A DNA stretch of 57,393 nt, from contig REDB01000135.1 of assembly GCA_007693685.1 (NCBI GenBank), positions 1 to 57,393 of the forward strand, given 5' to 3'. Under the pieces are notes generated by a model. It searched no databases. It saw only the letters and a program-made list of their open reading frames with translations, and had not been told where the DNA came from. The translations under genes were made by a program, and so were the position numbers. The first letter of the stretch is position 1; each line of letters starts with the position of its first letter. Origin of the DNA: Oceanospirillales bacterium. GTDB lineage: Bacteria; Pseudomonadota; Gammaproteobacteria; Pseudomonadales; Balneatricaceae. Shown here one piece after another: positions 44,965 to 57,367 of this stretch.

Positions 44965-45012
44965 AAAAAATGGCGCCTCACAATATTCACATTGATGGGC
45001 GCCATCTGTTTT
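44965..45012. terminator. Hairpin between convergent ldhA and katG; probable terminator
   Basis: ATGGCGCC...GGCGCCAT stem flanked by A6 on the left and TGTTTT on the right. Confidence 0.6.
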
Positions 45013-45078
45013 AACGTTTTAGCAGACTGTTTTTACAAACAGCAGGAGAACGAATCCTTTCTGCTAAACGTTAACCGG

Positions 45079-47268
<2,190 letters not shown>

Positions 47269-47389
47269 TTATTAGCTTACACGCCTAAAATTCACCCTAA
47301 GTCAGACAGGTGTTTTAAGTTCATAGTTAGGATAGTTGAAAATATTGAGCTTCGCCTTATTTGCTTAATTTTTTATAAGCATCGATTTG

Positions 47390-47404
47390 ATAGCTATTAG
47401 CTAT
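47390..47404. promoter_or_regulatory. OxyR-like half site upstream of katG
   Basis: ATAG-ctattag-CTAT fits ATAGntnnnanCTAT; second half is poor. Confidence 0.45.
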
Positions 47405-47510
47405 AGATAAGTTGATTAGGGTCAAATCAAGGTTTCAAATGTGCTTAAATCTTTAACTAATACATCGAAAGCGACTAATATAAAGTCAGACCTAACCTGG
47501 AGATCTTTAG

Positions 47511-49460
47511 ATGAAGTCAATCAGCCTAAGCTATCGTATGACAATTTCTTTATTAGTCGTAGGTTTAGTGTGTTTAAGTATTGCAGTAATCTATGCATTT
47601 TATGTGCGCTCTGGCCTAGAGCAGCAGGCCATTGATCGTCGCACTACGGAGATGCTTCAAACGCTAGATAACCGTTTCGAAACCAAATTTGATGTTGGTA
47701 TTACCAACGCGGTGGCCCTAGCAAGCGATCCAGACCTGCGTATGGCAATGATGAGTCGTAACAGAGGCTCTGCTGAATCAATCGTCACTCAGCTTCGAGA
47801 GTCCTATGGTAAATTTACTAACTACCAGGGCATTCACGTTCATCTGTATCTTCCAGATGGAACCACGCTTTATGAAAGTGCTCAGCGCTCCCAACCGATT
47901 GATACCAATTTAGGTGGTTTTAGAGCCGCAAGGGCTGATCGACAGGCACAAGCAGCCTTTGAACCCGATCCCAATGGCAATGTATTGATTCGTGCTTTTG
48001 CGCCTGTGACTTTTCAGGATCAATTAGTCGGCATAATTGAAATGACACAGGGGGTGGGAAGTATTAGTCGTGATTTTGGCAACGAGAATATTAACTACTT
48101 GATGGTTCTAAATGTTGCCCATTTACCCTCTGGAGCTCCAGCTAGAAACAATACTGAAGTTAACTCTGGTTGGGTACTAGCTAATGATCGTTGGTTTACC
48201 GAAGAGGTTGTTAACTTTTCCAGGACAGTCACATTACAAAACAGTTCGTCTGTTATCGCTAATTTAGATGATCAGTGGTTTTCAGTTAATCGCCCTGTCA
48301 TTAGTGCTAACGATCATGTTTTAGCAATGCATATCGTAGGAATTCCTGCAGAGGTGTTAAGGCAAGATATCAAAGGTGCTACGACTCTTGCTGACTCACT
48401 TTTGTTTGCTATGGTTGTCTTAGTTCTTGTGATGGTTGCTGTAGCCATTTTCTTAACCAGACAGCTTGTTACCCAGCCGATCAGTAAAATTGCTGATGCC
48501 TTGGCGGATATTGCGGATGGTCGTGGTGACTTAACACACCGACTTGAGGTCAAGCGTGAAGATGAAATTGGCAAGGTGGCTTTAAGCTTTAACCGCTTCG
48601 CAGATAATATTCAAAACTTGGTGAAAGGGATTGCAGAACAGGGTGTGCAGATCGAAAAGGCGGGAAGAGAACTAGAGGCTTCCACTGATGTCACTTTTGA
48701 AGGCGCTAACACTCAGCAGGCTGAAGTCACTCAGATCGCCGCAGCTATCACGCAAATGAGTGCAGCAGTCAATGAGGTTGCGCAACATGCCCAGCAAACC
48801 TTGGCGACCAGTGAACAGGCACATCAAGCAGTTAGTCATTCAAAAGATACGATGAACTCTTTACTTAACATGATCGAACAGCAAACCCGAGAAATTCAGC
48901 AGGCTGCTGATGATATTCTTGCTCTGGAAGAGGAGTCTAATTCGATAGGTGAAGTGGTCAGAGTGATCCGTGATATCACCGAACAGACAAATTTACTGGC
49001 GCTAAATGCGGCGATAGAGTCTGCTCGTGCAGGTGAGCAAGGGCGTGGTTTTGCGGTTGTAGCTGGAGAAGTTAGAAATCTAGCGGCTAGAACGCATGAG
49101 TCGACACAAACCATAGAAAGTACAGTCGTCACACTTCAAGAACATACCAAAGTGGCTGTCGCAAGTATGATGCGCAACCGTGATCATGCCTTTGAAAGTT
49201 TGGAGTTGGTGAAGAATACTCATCAACAGCTAAACCATTTAGCAGAGATGATGACAGAAACGCGTGATATGAACACTCAAATAGCGGCGGCGACCGAAGA
49301 GGAGACAGCCGCGACAAATGAAATTAATCAAAGTATTACGCGTGTTCAAGATTTGGCTGTCAGTGCAGCTCATAATGCGGAACAAAGTGCACTGCATGCA
49401 GATGGTTTACTTAAATTATCAAAAGAGATGCAAAGTTCAGTATCACGTTTTACCTATTAA
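47511..49460 (+). CDS. Methyl-accepting chemotaxis protein (periplasmic Cache-like sensor, HAMP)
   Basis: Two TM segments, GDLT..L....[35 protein letters not shown]. Confidence 0.95.
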   Translation: MKSISLSYRMTISLLVVGLVCLSIAVIYAFYVRSGLEQQAIDRRTTEMLQTLDNRFETKFDVGITNAVALASDPDLRMAMMSRNRGSAESIVTQLRESYGKFTNYQGIHVHLYLPDGTTLYESAQRSQPIDTNLGGFRAARADRQAQAAFEPDPNGNVLIRAFAPVTFQDQLVGIIEMTQGVGSISRDFGNENINYLMVLNVAHLPSGAPARNNTEVNSGWVLANDRWFTEEVVNFSRTVTLQNSSSVIANLDDQWFSVNRPVISANDHVLAMHIVGIPAEVLRQDIKGATTLADSLLFAMVVLVLVMVAVAIFLTRQLVTQPISKIADALADIADGRGDLTHRLEVKREDEIGKVALSFNRFADNIQNLVKGIAEQGVQIEKAGRELEASTDVTFEGANTQQAEVTQIAAAITQMSAAVNEVAQHAQQTLATSEQAHQAVSHSKDTMNSLLNMIEQQTREIQQAADDILALEEESNSIGEVVRVIRDITEQTNLLALNAAIESARAGEQGRGFAVVAGEVRNLAARTHESTQTIESTVVTLQEHTKVAVASMMRNRDHAFESLELVKNTHQQLNHLAEMMTETRDMNTQIAAATEEETAATNEINQSITRVQDLAVSAAHNAEQSALHADGLLKLSKEMQSSVSRFTY

Positions 49461-49673
49461 ATTTTGAAGGCTTATTTACAAAATATATAACTGTCATAAA
49501 TGAAAGGTTAACTTGTTTGATACACCTATCTTTAGTATGTATATCAAACAAGACTAAGAATAATAAACGCTATGTTTGTTGTGGAATTTTCAAATTTTTA
49601 AACATTTTAATTTTACTTCTCATGGACGAGTATAGCCCCTTTTGCTAGGATTAATAACGAATCCTTCAACGGA

Positions 49674-50564
49674 ATGAACGCTATGCCTGCGAAAATAGAG
49701 TCACTCCGAATTAGTTATTTACAGCAATTAAACCTGCTTGATACAGATGCTGAAAAACAGTTCGATCAAATTACCCAGTTAGCAGCAAGCTTTTACGATG
49801 TTCCTATCGCCTTAGTCTCTTTGGTCGATTCAAATCGTCAATGGTTTAAGTCTAAGAAGGGTCTAGATGTTTGTGAAACAGATCGTGATATTGCTTTCTG
49901 TAGTCATGCCATTGCCTTTGATGAAGTGATGCTGATTAACGATGCCAGAGTAGATCCCCGCTTTAAAGACAATCCGTTAGTGATTCATGATCCTCATGTG
50001 GTGTTTTACGCAGGCGCTGTGCTTCGTCCTGATCATATAAATGCGATAGGGACACTTTGTATCATTGACAACTCTCCACGTTCATTTGTGCTTGAAGATA
50101 TGGCTAATTTACGTTTATTGGCAGATCAGGTTGAAGAGTTAATTCGTTTGCATCAAAAGCGCCAGCAGTTAGAACAAGCAAAGCAAAGCTCAACTTACTT
50201 CAGCAAACGCTTATCGGCCATAGTAAATAGCCTTGCTGTTGGTATTTTAAGAATCAGTGCTACTGGTCAAATTCTTGATGTGAATGACTTCGTTTTAAAA
50301 CTTCTGGGCTATACTCGTGATGAGTTATTAAACCAGAATGTTAAGCTATTAATGCCTTCTCCTATTGCAGAGCAGCATCATCGTTATGTGCAGAATTATT
50401 TAGACACAAAACAATCCAATATAATGGATAAAGGTCGTGAAGTTCTAGCTAAACATAAAGATGGACATACCTTGCCAGTACATTTGTCAATCAGTTGTTT
50501 CGAGTTTGATCAAGAAGAGATAGAGTTTGTTGGCGTTTTGACGGATCTTACAAATTGTAAATAA
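49674..50564 (+). CDS. GAF-PAS protein with no output domain (possibly truncated)
   Basis: VPIALVSLVD..RQWFKS...AFCSHAI...DPRF.DNP GAF; NVKLLMP....H..Y....GREV.A.HKDG PAS; stops at VLTDLTNCK. Confidence 0.75.
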   Translation: MNAMPAKIESLRISYLQQLNLLDTDAEKQFDQITQLAASFYDVPIALVSLVDSNRQWFKSKKGLDVCETDRDIAFCSHAIAFDEVMLINDARVDPRFKDNPLVIHDPHVVFYAGAVLRPDHINAIGTLCIIDNSPRSFVLEDMANLRLLADQVEELIRLHQKRQQLEQAKQSSTYFSKRLSAIVNSLAVGILRISATGQILDVNDFVLKLLGYTRDELLNQNVKLLMPSPIAEQHHRYVQNYLDTKQSNIMDKGREVLAKHKDGHTLPVHLSISCFEFDQEEIEFVGVLTDLTNCK

Positions 50565-50590
50565 TCATTTAACCCAATTGAGCGTGCAAC

Positions 50591-52921
50591 ATGGATAACA
50601 AAAAGGATTTAGAATCAGCGTTCGAAATCTTTCCTTGGGATGATCACTTCTGTACAGGGGATAGCCTGATAGATGAACAACACAAACAGATTGTTATCTA
50701 TCTGAATCAACTGGCAGCCTATTTTGTGCAAGGAAAAACCGCTGAAAGTGCCTCTGGCCTGGATGATCTTTTTCAAGGGTTAATTGATTACTCTCATTAT
50801 CATTTCAAATCTGAAGAGGCGATTTGGAAAGATACCTTCAAGCAAGACCCAGACTTTATTGAACATTGTGAGATTCACCAAGAGTTCAGGCTCAAAGTTA
50901 GCGAGTATGCTAAACAGGACCATCATGAACCAGGAGTTCTAGAAAGCTTATTCGGGTATTTAGTTCACTGGTTAGCTTTCCATATTTTAGACTCTGACCG
51001 TCGTATGGCTTTATGCGTACAATTTGTGCATCAAGGTATGCAGCTAAATGAAGCAAAAATTTTAGCAGATGAGACAGTCAATGGATCGCTTGAAAAGTTG
51101 ATCAATACTGTTTTGGGAATGTATAGCAAGCTATCAGAGCGTACTGTCGATCTAATTCGAGAAGTTCATGCTCGTGAGAGAGCGGAGATCGCTTTAAAAA
51201 ATGTCAGTCAGGTATTAATTGAAGAGCGTTTACGTAATAGTGAAGAGCGATTTCAAGCGCTATTCTTTACGATACCCGAAGCAATCTTTGTTGTGGATAA
51301 GTTGTCAGGATCTCTAGTAAATATGAATCCTGCGGCTGAAGAGATTTGTGGATTTACTGTTGATAAGTTGTTGGGAAAACCTTTTTTTACTCTTTTTCAA
51401 ACTCACGATGGTGTGAAATTTAATCAACATTCGGTAATTGAAAACACAAGGCACGGATCCCCCTTAGAGTGTTTGTTAATGACTGCTACTGCAGAGCAGA
51501 ATGAGGTGGAAATTAGTATGGGTTCTTCCTTTGAAGAGGAAGGGGTTGCTTATTCAATTGCGGTTGTTCGTGATATATCAGAACGAATAGAACACAGAAA
51601 ACAACTGGAATTTATAGCCTTTCATGATGCCTTAACCCATCTGCCAAACAAAGCTAAGCTGATACGAACTCTTCCCGCGTTGATGAGTTGTAATGATAAA
51701 TTTGCTTTAGTCTATTTTGATTTTGACAACTTTTTACAAATCAATGATCTGTATGGTGTAGAAGCAGGTGAACAGGTAATTAGGAAAATCGCCAGTCGCT
51801 TACAAAAGTTATTTTTAGAAGGTGAGCATATCTATCATTTTGGTAGTGATGAGTTCGTTATACTGCTCAACCATTTCAGCGATATACCTGAGTTAGAACA
51901 ACAGATTTCGATGCTTTTTGATGAGATTTCACGTGCTGTTTATATAGGTAAAGCTGAAGTCATTATTACTTCTAGTGCTGGCGTTACAGTATACCCACAA
52001 TCAGAATCCTGTGATCCAAATACGTTAATACGCCAAGCATCGCAATCTATGTATCAAGCTAAGTTAAAAGGAAGTCTTCGTTTTCATCTGTTTGATGACA
52101 AAGAGGAGAAGAACACCAAGAGCTACTATCAAACACTCGAGCGTATTCAACAAGGGCTGAAGCATAATGAGTTTTTGCTCTATTATCAGCCTAAGGTCGA
52201 TTTGATTGAAGGAGAGGTGGTAGGTTTAGAAGCGCTGATACGTTGGAATCATCCTGAAAAAGGAGTGATGTTACCTGGTGAGTTTCTTCATCTCATTGAG
52301 ACCTTTCCTTTATCAATCGAAGTAGGTTTCTGGGTCATTGAGACCGCTTTAGCTCAGATGCAAAGTTGGGTTAGACAAGGTGTTGAAATGTCCGTTAGTG
52401 TCAACTTGGATGGATTGCAACTTCAAGACTCTCAGTTTGCAGAGATGCTAGAACAATTGCTAATAAAACATCCTGAAGTTAACCCAAGCAATCTTCAGTT
52501 AGAAGTGCTTGAAACCACTGCTTTAGAGGATCTATCCAGCGCCGTTCGAACTATGAAAGCCTGTCGTCAGTTAGGCGTCAGCATAGCATTGGATGATTTT
52601 GGTACAGGGCATTCATCTTTATCCTATTTAAAGCAATTGCCTGTACAAGTTTTAAAAATAGATAAAAGCTTTGTTAAGGATCTTCTTATCAGTCCAAGTG
52701 ATCGATCTATATTACAAAGTGTGGTCGGCTTGGGTAAGGCCTTTGATATCGATGTTTTGGCGGAAGGATTAGAGTCTAATGAAGCAGGATGCTTATTGAT
52801 TCAGATGGGATGCCATCTAGCTCAGGGTTACGCTATTGCTAGACCTATGCCAGCAGCAGAGGTAGCCGATTGGCTGCAAAGTTGGAAGGCTCCTGTTGAA
52901 TGGTTTCAATGTAAATTATGA
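50591..52921 (+). CDS. Hemerythrin-PAS-GGDEF(degenerate)-EAL protein
   Basis: IDEQH, HFKSEE, HCEIH, HILDSD hemerythrin ligands; FGSDEF; EALIRW, DDFGTGHSS, KIDKSF, AEG, QGY. Confidence 0.92.
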   Translation: MDNKKDLESAFEIFPWDDHFCTGDSLIDEQHKQIVIYLNQLAAYFVQGKTAESASGLDDLFQGLIDYSHYHFKSEEAIWKDTFKQDPDFIEHCEIHQEFRLKVSEYAKQDHHEPGVLESLFGYLVHWLAFHILDSDRRMALCVQFVHQGMQLNEAKILADETVNGSLEKLINTVLGMYSKLSERTVDLIREVHARERAEIALKNVSQVLIEERLRNSEERFQALFFTIPEAIFVVDKLSGSLVNMNPAAEEICGFTVDKLLGKPFFTLFQTHDGVKFNQHSVIENTRHGSPLECLLMTATAEQNEVEISMGSSFEEEGVAYSIAVVRDISERIEHRKQLEFIAFHDALTHLPNKAKLIRTLPALMSCNDKFALVYFDFDNFLQINDLYGVEAGEQVIRKIASRLQKLFLEGEHIYHFGSDEFVILLNHFSDIPELEQQISMLFDEISRAVYIGKAEVIITSSAGVTVYPQSESCDPNTLIRQASQSMYQAKLKGSLRFHLFDDKEEKNTKSYYQTLERIQQGLKHNEFLLYYQPKVDLIEGEVVGLEALIRWNHPEKGVMLPGEFLHLIETFPLSIEVGFWVIETALAQMQSWVRQGVEMSVSVNLDGLQLQDSQFAEMLEQLLIKHPEVNPSNLQLEVLETTALEDLSSAVRTMKACRQLGVSIALDDFGTGHSSLSYLKQLPVQVLKIDKSFVKDLLISPSDRSILQSVVGLGKAFDIDVLAEGLESNEAGCLLIQMGCHLAQGYAIARPMPAAEVADWLQSWKAPVEWFQCKL

Positions 52922-53050
52922 TGAGTTCGCCAATAAAAAATAGTAACTAGGTTCCAGTAATGTTGCTGACTGGTCGATTATGGTGCATTACTGGTAAAAT
53001 CCGCGCTTCTTTTAACTGTCTTCGGATATCACTGAGAGCGTCGGATAGCT

Positions 53051-54535
53051 ATGAATTCTCAACCTGTTCACTACCCCTGGTATAAGAAGGAAGATACTGA
53101 CGCCTTCTTTGCACTTTTCCAAAATAATATTGCTAACTTTGTCATCATTGCCATTTCGATGTTGGGTATGGGATTTTCGCCTTCCATCGTATTTGGTCAA
53201 GTACTTCCTGGAGCTGCTGTTGCGGTCATGGTAGGTAATTTCTACTATGCCTATAGTGCTGCCCGTTTAGCTCGTAAAGAAAATCGAGCAGATGTGACCG
53301 CGCTTTCATACGGTATTAGTACCCCCGTAATGTTTGTCTTTCTCTTTGGTGTATTGCTTCCAGCTAAAGCTCTAACGGGTGATGAAATCCTTGCATGGAA
53401 GATTGCTGTAGCTGCATGTTTTATCAGCGGCTTAATTGAGCTATGTATCAGTGTTATAGGTCGTTGGATACAATCTCATCTACCTCGTGCGGCTATGCTG
53501 GGTGCTGTTGCCGGGGTTGCGTTAACCTTTATTGCCGGTGAAATGCTATTTAAAACTTTAGAGATTCCGGTGATTGGCTTATTAGTCATGGCAATCATCA
53601 TCGTTGGCTTAGTGGCAAGGGTTAGCATGCCATTCAAGATTCCAGCCTCTTTGTTTGCGATTATTGTCGGCACAGCGATGGCATATTTGATCGGTGCTGC
53701 GGATACCGCTAAGTTTAGTGATGCCTTTACCCATCTTGGTTTTTATCCTTTGTTACCAGGTATGGCATGGTTTGAAGGGCTTGGTTTGTTGTTTACCAGC
53801 ATGTTAGCCATTTTGACCGTGGTTTTACCTATTACCCTCTACAACGCTATTGAGACTATGAATAATGTTGAGGCGATGGAAGCCGCGGGTGATAAGTATG
53901 ATGTACGTGAATGCCAGGCAGTTGATGGTGCAGGAACTATGATTGGTGCAGTGTTTGGTGGCGTGTTTCCCACCACAGTTTATATTGCAACGGTCGGTTC
54001 AAAATGGATGGGTGCGGGTCGTGGATACAGCATTCTGAATGGTGTGGTCTATGGTCTAGCCACTATGTTTGGTCTGATTGCAGCCCTAGCGGCGATCATT
54101 CCTGTTTCAGTGGTTGCGCCAATTCTCGTATTTGTCGGTATGTCGATGATCGCTACCGCCTTCCAAAGTAACGAAACTCGTTACTATCCTGCCATTGCTT
54201 TAGCGATGCTTCCATATTTCGCTAACTATGTCATGACGCGCTTTAATCGTGGTGCAGGCGAAGTGGTTGATAATATTTCCAGTGCAATAGTTGTGTTGGG
54301 GCAAGGTGCGATGTTTACCGCTATTTTGCTAGGTGCAATGACGGTTTCAGTCATTGATCATAAATTTCGTCAGGCATCTGTCTTTGCGTTGGTGGCTGCA
54401 GCTTGTTCTTTTATCGGTCTGATGCATGCACCTGAGCTATCTTTTAACGCCTCACAGGACTTCACATTGGGTTATTTAGTGATGGCAGCCTTCTTTGGGT
54501 GGTTTGCCTTCAAGTCTTCCAATCAGGGGGTTTAA
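53051..54535 (+). CDS. NCS2/xanthine-uracil-like permease
   Basis: Many TM segments; DAFFALFQNN, TALSYGISTP, NNVEAMEAAGDKY, FPTTVYI. Confidence 0.7.
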   Translation: MNSQPVHYPWYKKEDTDAFFALFQNNIANFVIIAISMLGMGFSPSIVFGQVLPGAAVAVMVGNFYYAYSAARLARKENRADVTALSYGISTPVMFVFLFGVLLPAKALTGDEILAWKIAVAACFISGLIELCISVIGRWIQSHLPRAAMLGAVAGVALTFIAGEMLFKTLEIPVIGLLVMAIIIVGLVARVSMPFKIPASLFAIIVGTAMAYLIGAADTAKFSDAFTHLGFYPLLPGMAWFEGLGLLFTSMLAILTVVLPITLYNAIETMNNVEAMEAAGDKYDVRECQAVDGAGTMIGAVFGGVFPTTVYIATVGSKWMGAGRGYSILNGVVYGLATMFGLIAALAAIIPVSVVAPILVFVGMSMIATAFQSNETRYYPAIALAMLPYFANYVMTRFNRGAGEVVDNISSAIVVLGQGAMFTAILLGAMTVSVIDHKFRQASVFALVAAACSFIGLMHAPELSFNASQDFTLGYLVMAAFFGWFAFKSSNQGV

Positions 54536-54601
54536 TGCATATATGATTAGTTTATGCTAATATGATACTTAGTTATACTAAGTAATCATAAGGAGAAAAG
54601 C

Positions 54602-55045
54602 ATGATGAAATTAAAACTAGCCGCTTGTGTTTTGGGTGCAACTTTATTGGCACCACTAGCTGTTCAAGCTGACAATCACAAGCATTCAGGCGAAAAAGCA
54701 TTAATTATGCTGAACAGTGATTCTTTGATGACTCAAGGAATGGCCATGGTGCTAGGTAATGCTATGCAAGGTCAGGGTGTTCAAGTTGATGTGTTGTTAT
54801 GCGATGCAGCGGCTGATTTGGCTTTACAAGACACGACTAGTGAGCTGTTAAAGCCAAATGATGTTACCCCAGAGCAGTTAATGATGCGTCTACAGCAAAA
54901 CGGTGCAACCGTCAGTGTATGTGCACTTTACTTGCCTAATAGTGGTAACACTCAAGAAGCGCTGCGTGAAGGTGTAGAAGTTGCAGCTCCACCAGCGATG
55001 GCTGAGAAGATGATGGAAGAAAACACTCGCGTGTTTACTTTCTAA
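54602..55045 (+). CDS. Exported DsrE-like protein
   Basis: Signal peptide ending VQA; QGMAMVL, VLLCD, GATVSVCALYLPN pattern. Confidence 0.65.
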   Translation: MMKLKLAACVLGATLLAPLAVQADNHKHSGEKALIMLNSDSLMTQGMAMVLGNAMQGQGVQVDVLLCDAAADLALQDTTSELLKPNDVTPEQLMMRLQQNGATVSVCALYLPNSGNTQEALREGVEVAAPPAMAEKMMEENTRVFTF

Positions 55046-55057
55046 TATTTTAGGTAT

Positions 55058-55086
55058 AAAAAAACAGGGCTTTTTAGCCCTGTTTT
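55058..55086. terminator. Bidirectional intrinsic terminator
   Basis: AAAAAAACAGGGCT-tttt-AGCCCTGTTTT between convergent genes. Confidence 0.85.
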
Positions 55087-55096
55087 CGTTACTAGA

Positions 55097-56011
55097 TTAC
55101 TTATCAGTTTTCTTGAACAAGTTTACTGGCACCTTCAAATATACCTGACCATTCTCTTCGGCTGGTGGCATCTCTCCTGCACGCATATTGACTTGCACAG
55201 ATGGCAAAATCAGCGTTGGCATTTTCAAAGTCGCGTCACGCTCAGTTCTCATTTTTACGAACTCTTCTTCTGAGATACCGTCATGAACATGGATATTGTG
55301 CTTACGTTGAGCTGCAATCGTGGTCTCATGAACATACTCATCACGACCTGGAGCTTTATAATCATGGCATAGAAAAATGCGAGTTTCAGCAGGTAGGCTA
55401 AGAACCCTCTGAATAGATTTATAAAGTACTTTCGCATCACCGCCAGGGAAGTCGCAACGCGCAGTACCATAATCTGGCATAAACAGAGTGTCGCCAACGA
55501 AAACAGCATCACCCATAACATAGCTCAAACAAGCCGGTGTGTGACCTGGAGTGTGCATGACATAGCCTTCTAGTTGACCAATCTTGAAGGTATCACCCTC
55601 TTTGAAAAGTTGATCGAACTGGCTTCCGTCGCGAGCAAATTCAGTTCCTGCATTAAAAGCTTTGCCAAAAGTATCTTGAACAACGGTGATCATCGCGCCA
55701 ATGCCAGTTTTACCGCCCAGTTGTTCATGTAAATAAGGTGCAGCAGAGATATGGTCAGCATGCACGTGGGTTTCAAGAATCCACTCGACCTGTAACTCGT
55801 TACTTTTTACGTACGCAATGATTTCATCGGCGGATGCGATATCTGTTGTTCCACTGGCGTAGTCAAAATCTAAAACAGAATCAATAATTGCACAGCTATT
55901 CGATGCGGGATCTTTAACGACATAACTAAAAGTGTTGGTCGGCTCATCAAAAAAAGTTTTTACAATAGGTTTGATAGTGTTACCGACTTGTACATCATTG
56001 GTTTGATTCAT
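55097..56011 (-). CDS. Persulfide dioxygenase (Blh/ETHE1-type MBL fold)
   Basis: IIDSVLDFD, ETHVHADH, TPGHTPAC, GTARCDFPGG, CHDYK, LILPSVQVNMRAG. Confidence 0.88.
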   Translation of the reverse strand: MNQTNDVQVGNTIKPIVKTFFDEPTNTFSYVVKDPASNSCAIIDSVLDFDYASGTTDIASADEIIAYVKSNELQVEWILETHVHADHISAAPYLHEQLGGKTGIGAMITVVQDTFGKAFNAGTEFARDGSQFDQLFKEGDTFKIGQLEGYVMHTPGHTPACLSYVMGDAVFVGDTLFMPDYGTARCDFPGGDAKVLYKSIQRVLSLPAETRIFLCHDYKAPGRDEYVHETTIAAQRKHNIHVHDGISEEEFVKMRTERDATLKMPTLILPSVQVNMRAGEMPPAEENGQVYLKVPVNLFKKTDK

Positions 56012-56263
56012 GAGGTGTCTCCTTAAAAACGTAAATAGGCAATGAAAGGATTCATGCTCCTAGCCTAGCGAAAACTGTTGATGCAAATAAGAGATTGATG
56101 CAGTTTTCTTTATGTAAAGCTAATATAACACTTAAATATCTAAATGGAATAAAGGTATAACTATTATTTCAATTGTCTATAGCTATAGGTTATGAATTTT
56201 AAGTATGTCTTTAGCTATTTATGATTAGAGCTTTAGTAATTTGTTTATCTCCAGAATTCCTAT

Positions 56264-57367
56264 TTACAAAAGGATAAAACAGATCAACATACTCAAAAAC
56301 AAGCATGGCATTGACCAGAGGTGGAAATTCCAGAAGATTTTGTATTCTTTACCCAATCGTAAGGCGATCAGGTTTGCCAAAGAGCCGATAGCTAGACCAA
56401 ATCCTCCAATGTTGACACCCCATGCTAAGGCGTACCATTGATCGGAAAACTGACTTAAAAAAAGTGTTGCAGGAACATTTGAGATAACTTGAGATAGCAA
56501 GATGGATGTTGTGATCTCTGCACCTGGAAGATCCATCAAATTATCCACTAAATTCGTCATTGCAGGTAATTTTGCGAGTAAACCTAAAACGATAAACATC
56601 AATACAAAAACTAGCAGTATTAGCCAGTCGACGGTTAGTAGAAGCTTTCTCCATAGTATCAGAAAGAGTATCAGAACCATGATTGCCGCAATAACGGCAA
56701 AGCCTTGTTCAACGACGAGTAGAAATATAGGGTAGCTAATCGATACGATTAAAAATAATGGTTTTGATAACAGTCGTTTGGATTGATGTTGAGCGATTTC
56801 TATCCTTTTTCCGTTGAAAGCTATTGATGCTAAAAGTAATACGATGCACAGCATGGCAAAAGCGATGGGCAGCATTTCAAGTGTAAAGGCGAGAAAACCA
56901 TCACCACTCAACTGCCAAAGGTATAGGTTTTGTGGATTCCCAATAGGACTTATTGCAGAGCCGGCATTAACAGCTAAGGCTTCAAAAATAATGAGCTTTC
57001 CTACAGGAATATCTGCATAGCGTCCAATTAGAATCGTTAAAGGAACCACAATAAATAGGGCGACATCGTTGGTTACAATCGCCGCCAATAATGCTGAAAA
57101 GATAATAATGGAAAAAGCGAGTTGGCGCTGTGTATGGGTTCGTGATAGAAGCCAATCACCGGCGAAGCTAAGTGCACCGCTGTATTCCAGTCCGCGACTA
57201 AGCAACATTAAGCCAGTTAAAATCGCGATAGTTTTCCAGTCTACTAGCTGATGAAGTGATTTGATTTCTGTTGGCATCATTAACAACAGTAACAATAAAG
57301 CCAATATTAAGCTGGTTAGAAGCCTATCATTACGAAGTTTTGCGTAGATGAATTGAAGATACTTCAA
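56264..57367 (-). CDS. SLC13/CitMHS-type ion transporter superfamily permease (YbiR-like)
   Basis: VTNDVALFIVVPLT, NAGSAISPIGNPQN, SQVISNVPAT, GSLANLIA. Confidence 0.85.
   Translation of the reverse strand: MKYLQFIYAKLRNDRLLTSLILALLLLLLMMPTEIKSLHQLVDWKTIAILTGLMLLSRGLEYSGALSFAGDWLLSRTHTQRQLAFSIIIFSALLAAIVTNDVALFIVVPLTILIGRYADIPVGKLIIFEALAVNAGSAISPIGNPQNLYLWQLSGDGFLAFTLEMLPIAFAMLCIVLLLASIAFNGKRIEIAQHQSKRLLSKPLFLIVSISYPIFLLVVEQGFAVIAAIMVLILFLILWRKLLLTVDWLILLVFVLMFIVLGLLAKLPAMTNLVDNLMDLPGAEITTSILLSQVISNVPATLFLSQFSDQWYALAWGVNIGGFGLAIGSLANLIALRLGKEYKIFWNFHLWSMPCLFLSMLICFILL

Noticed and set aside
47445-47471. sigma28 promoter for the MCP (TTAAATCT-N11-ATCGAAAG)
   Set aside because: Plausible biologically, but the -10 match is too weak to call
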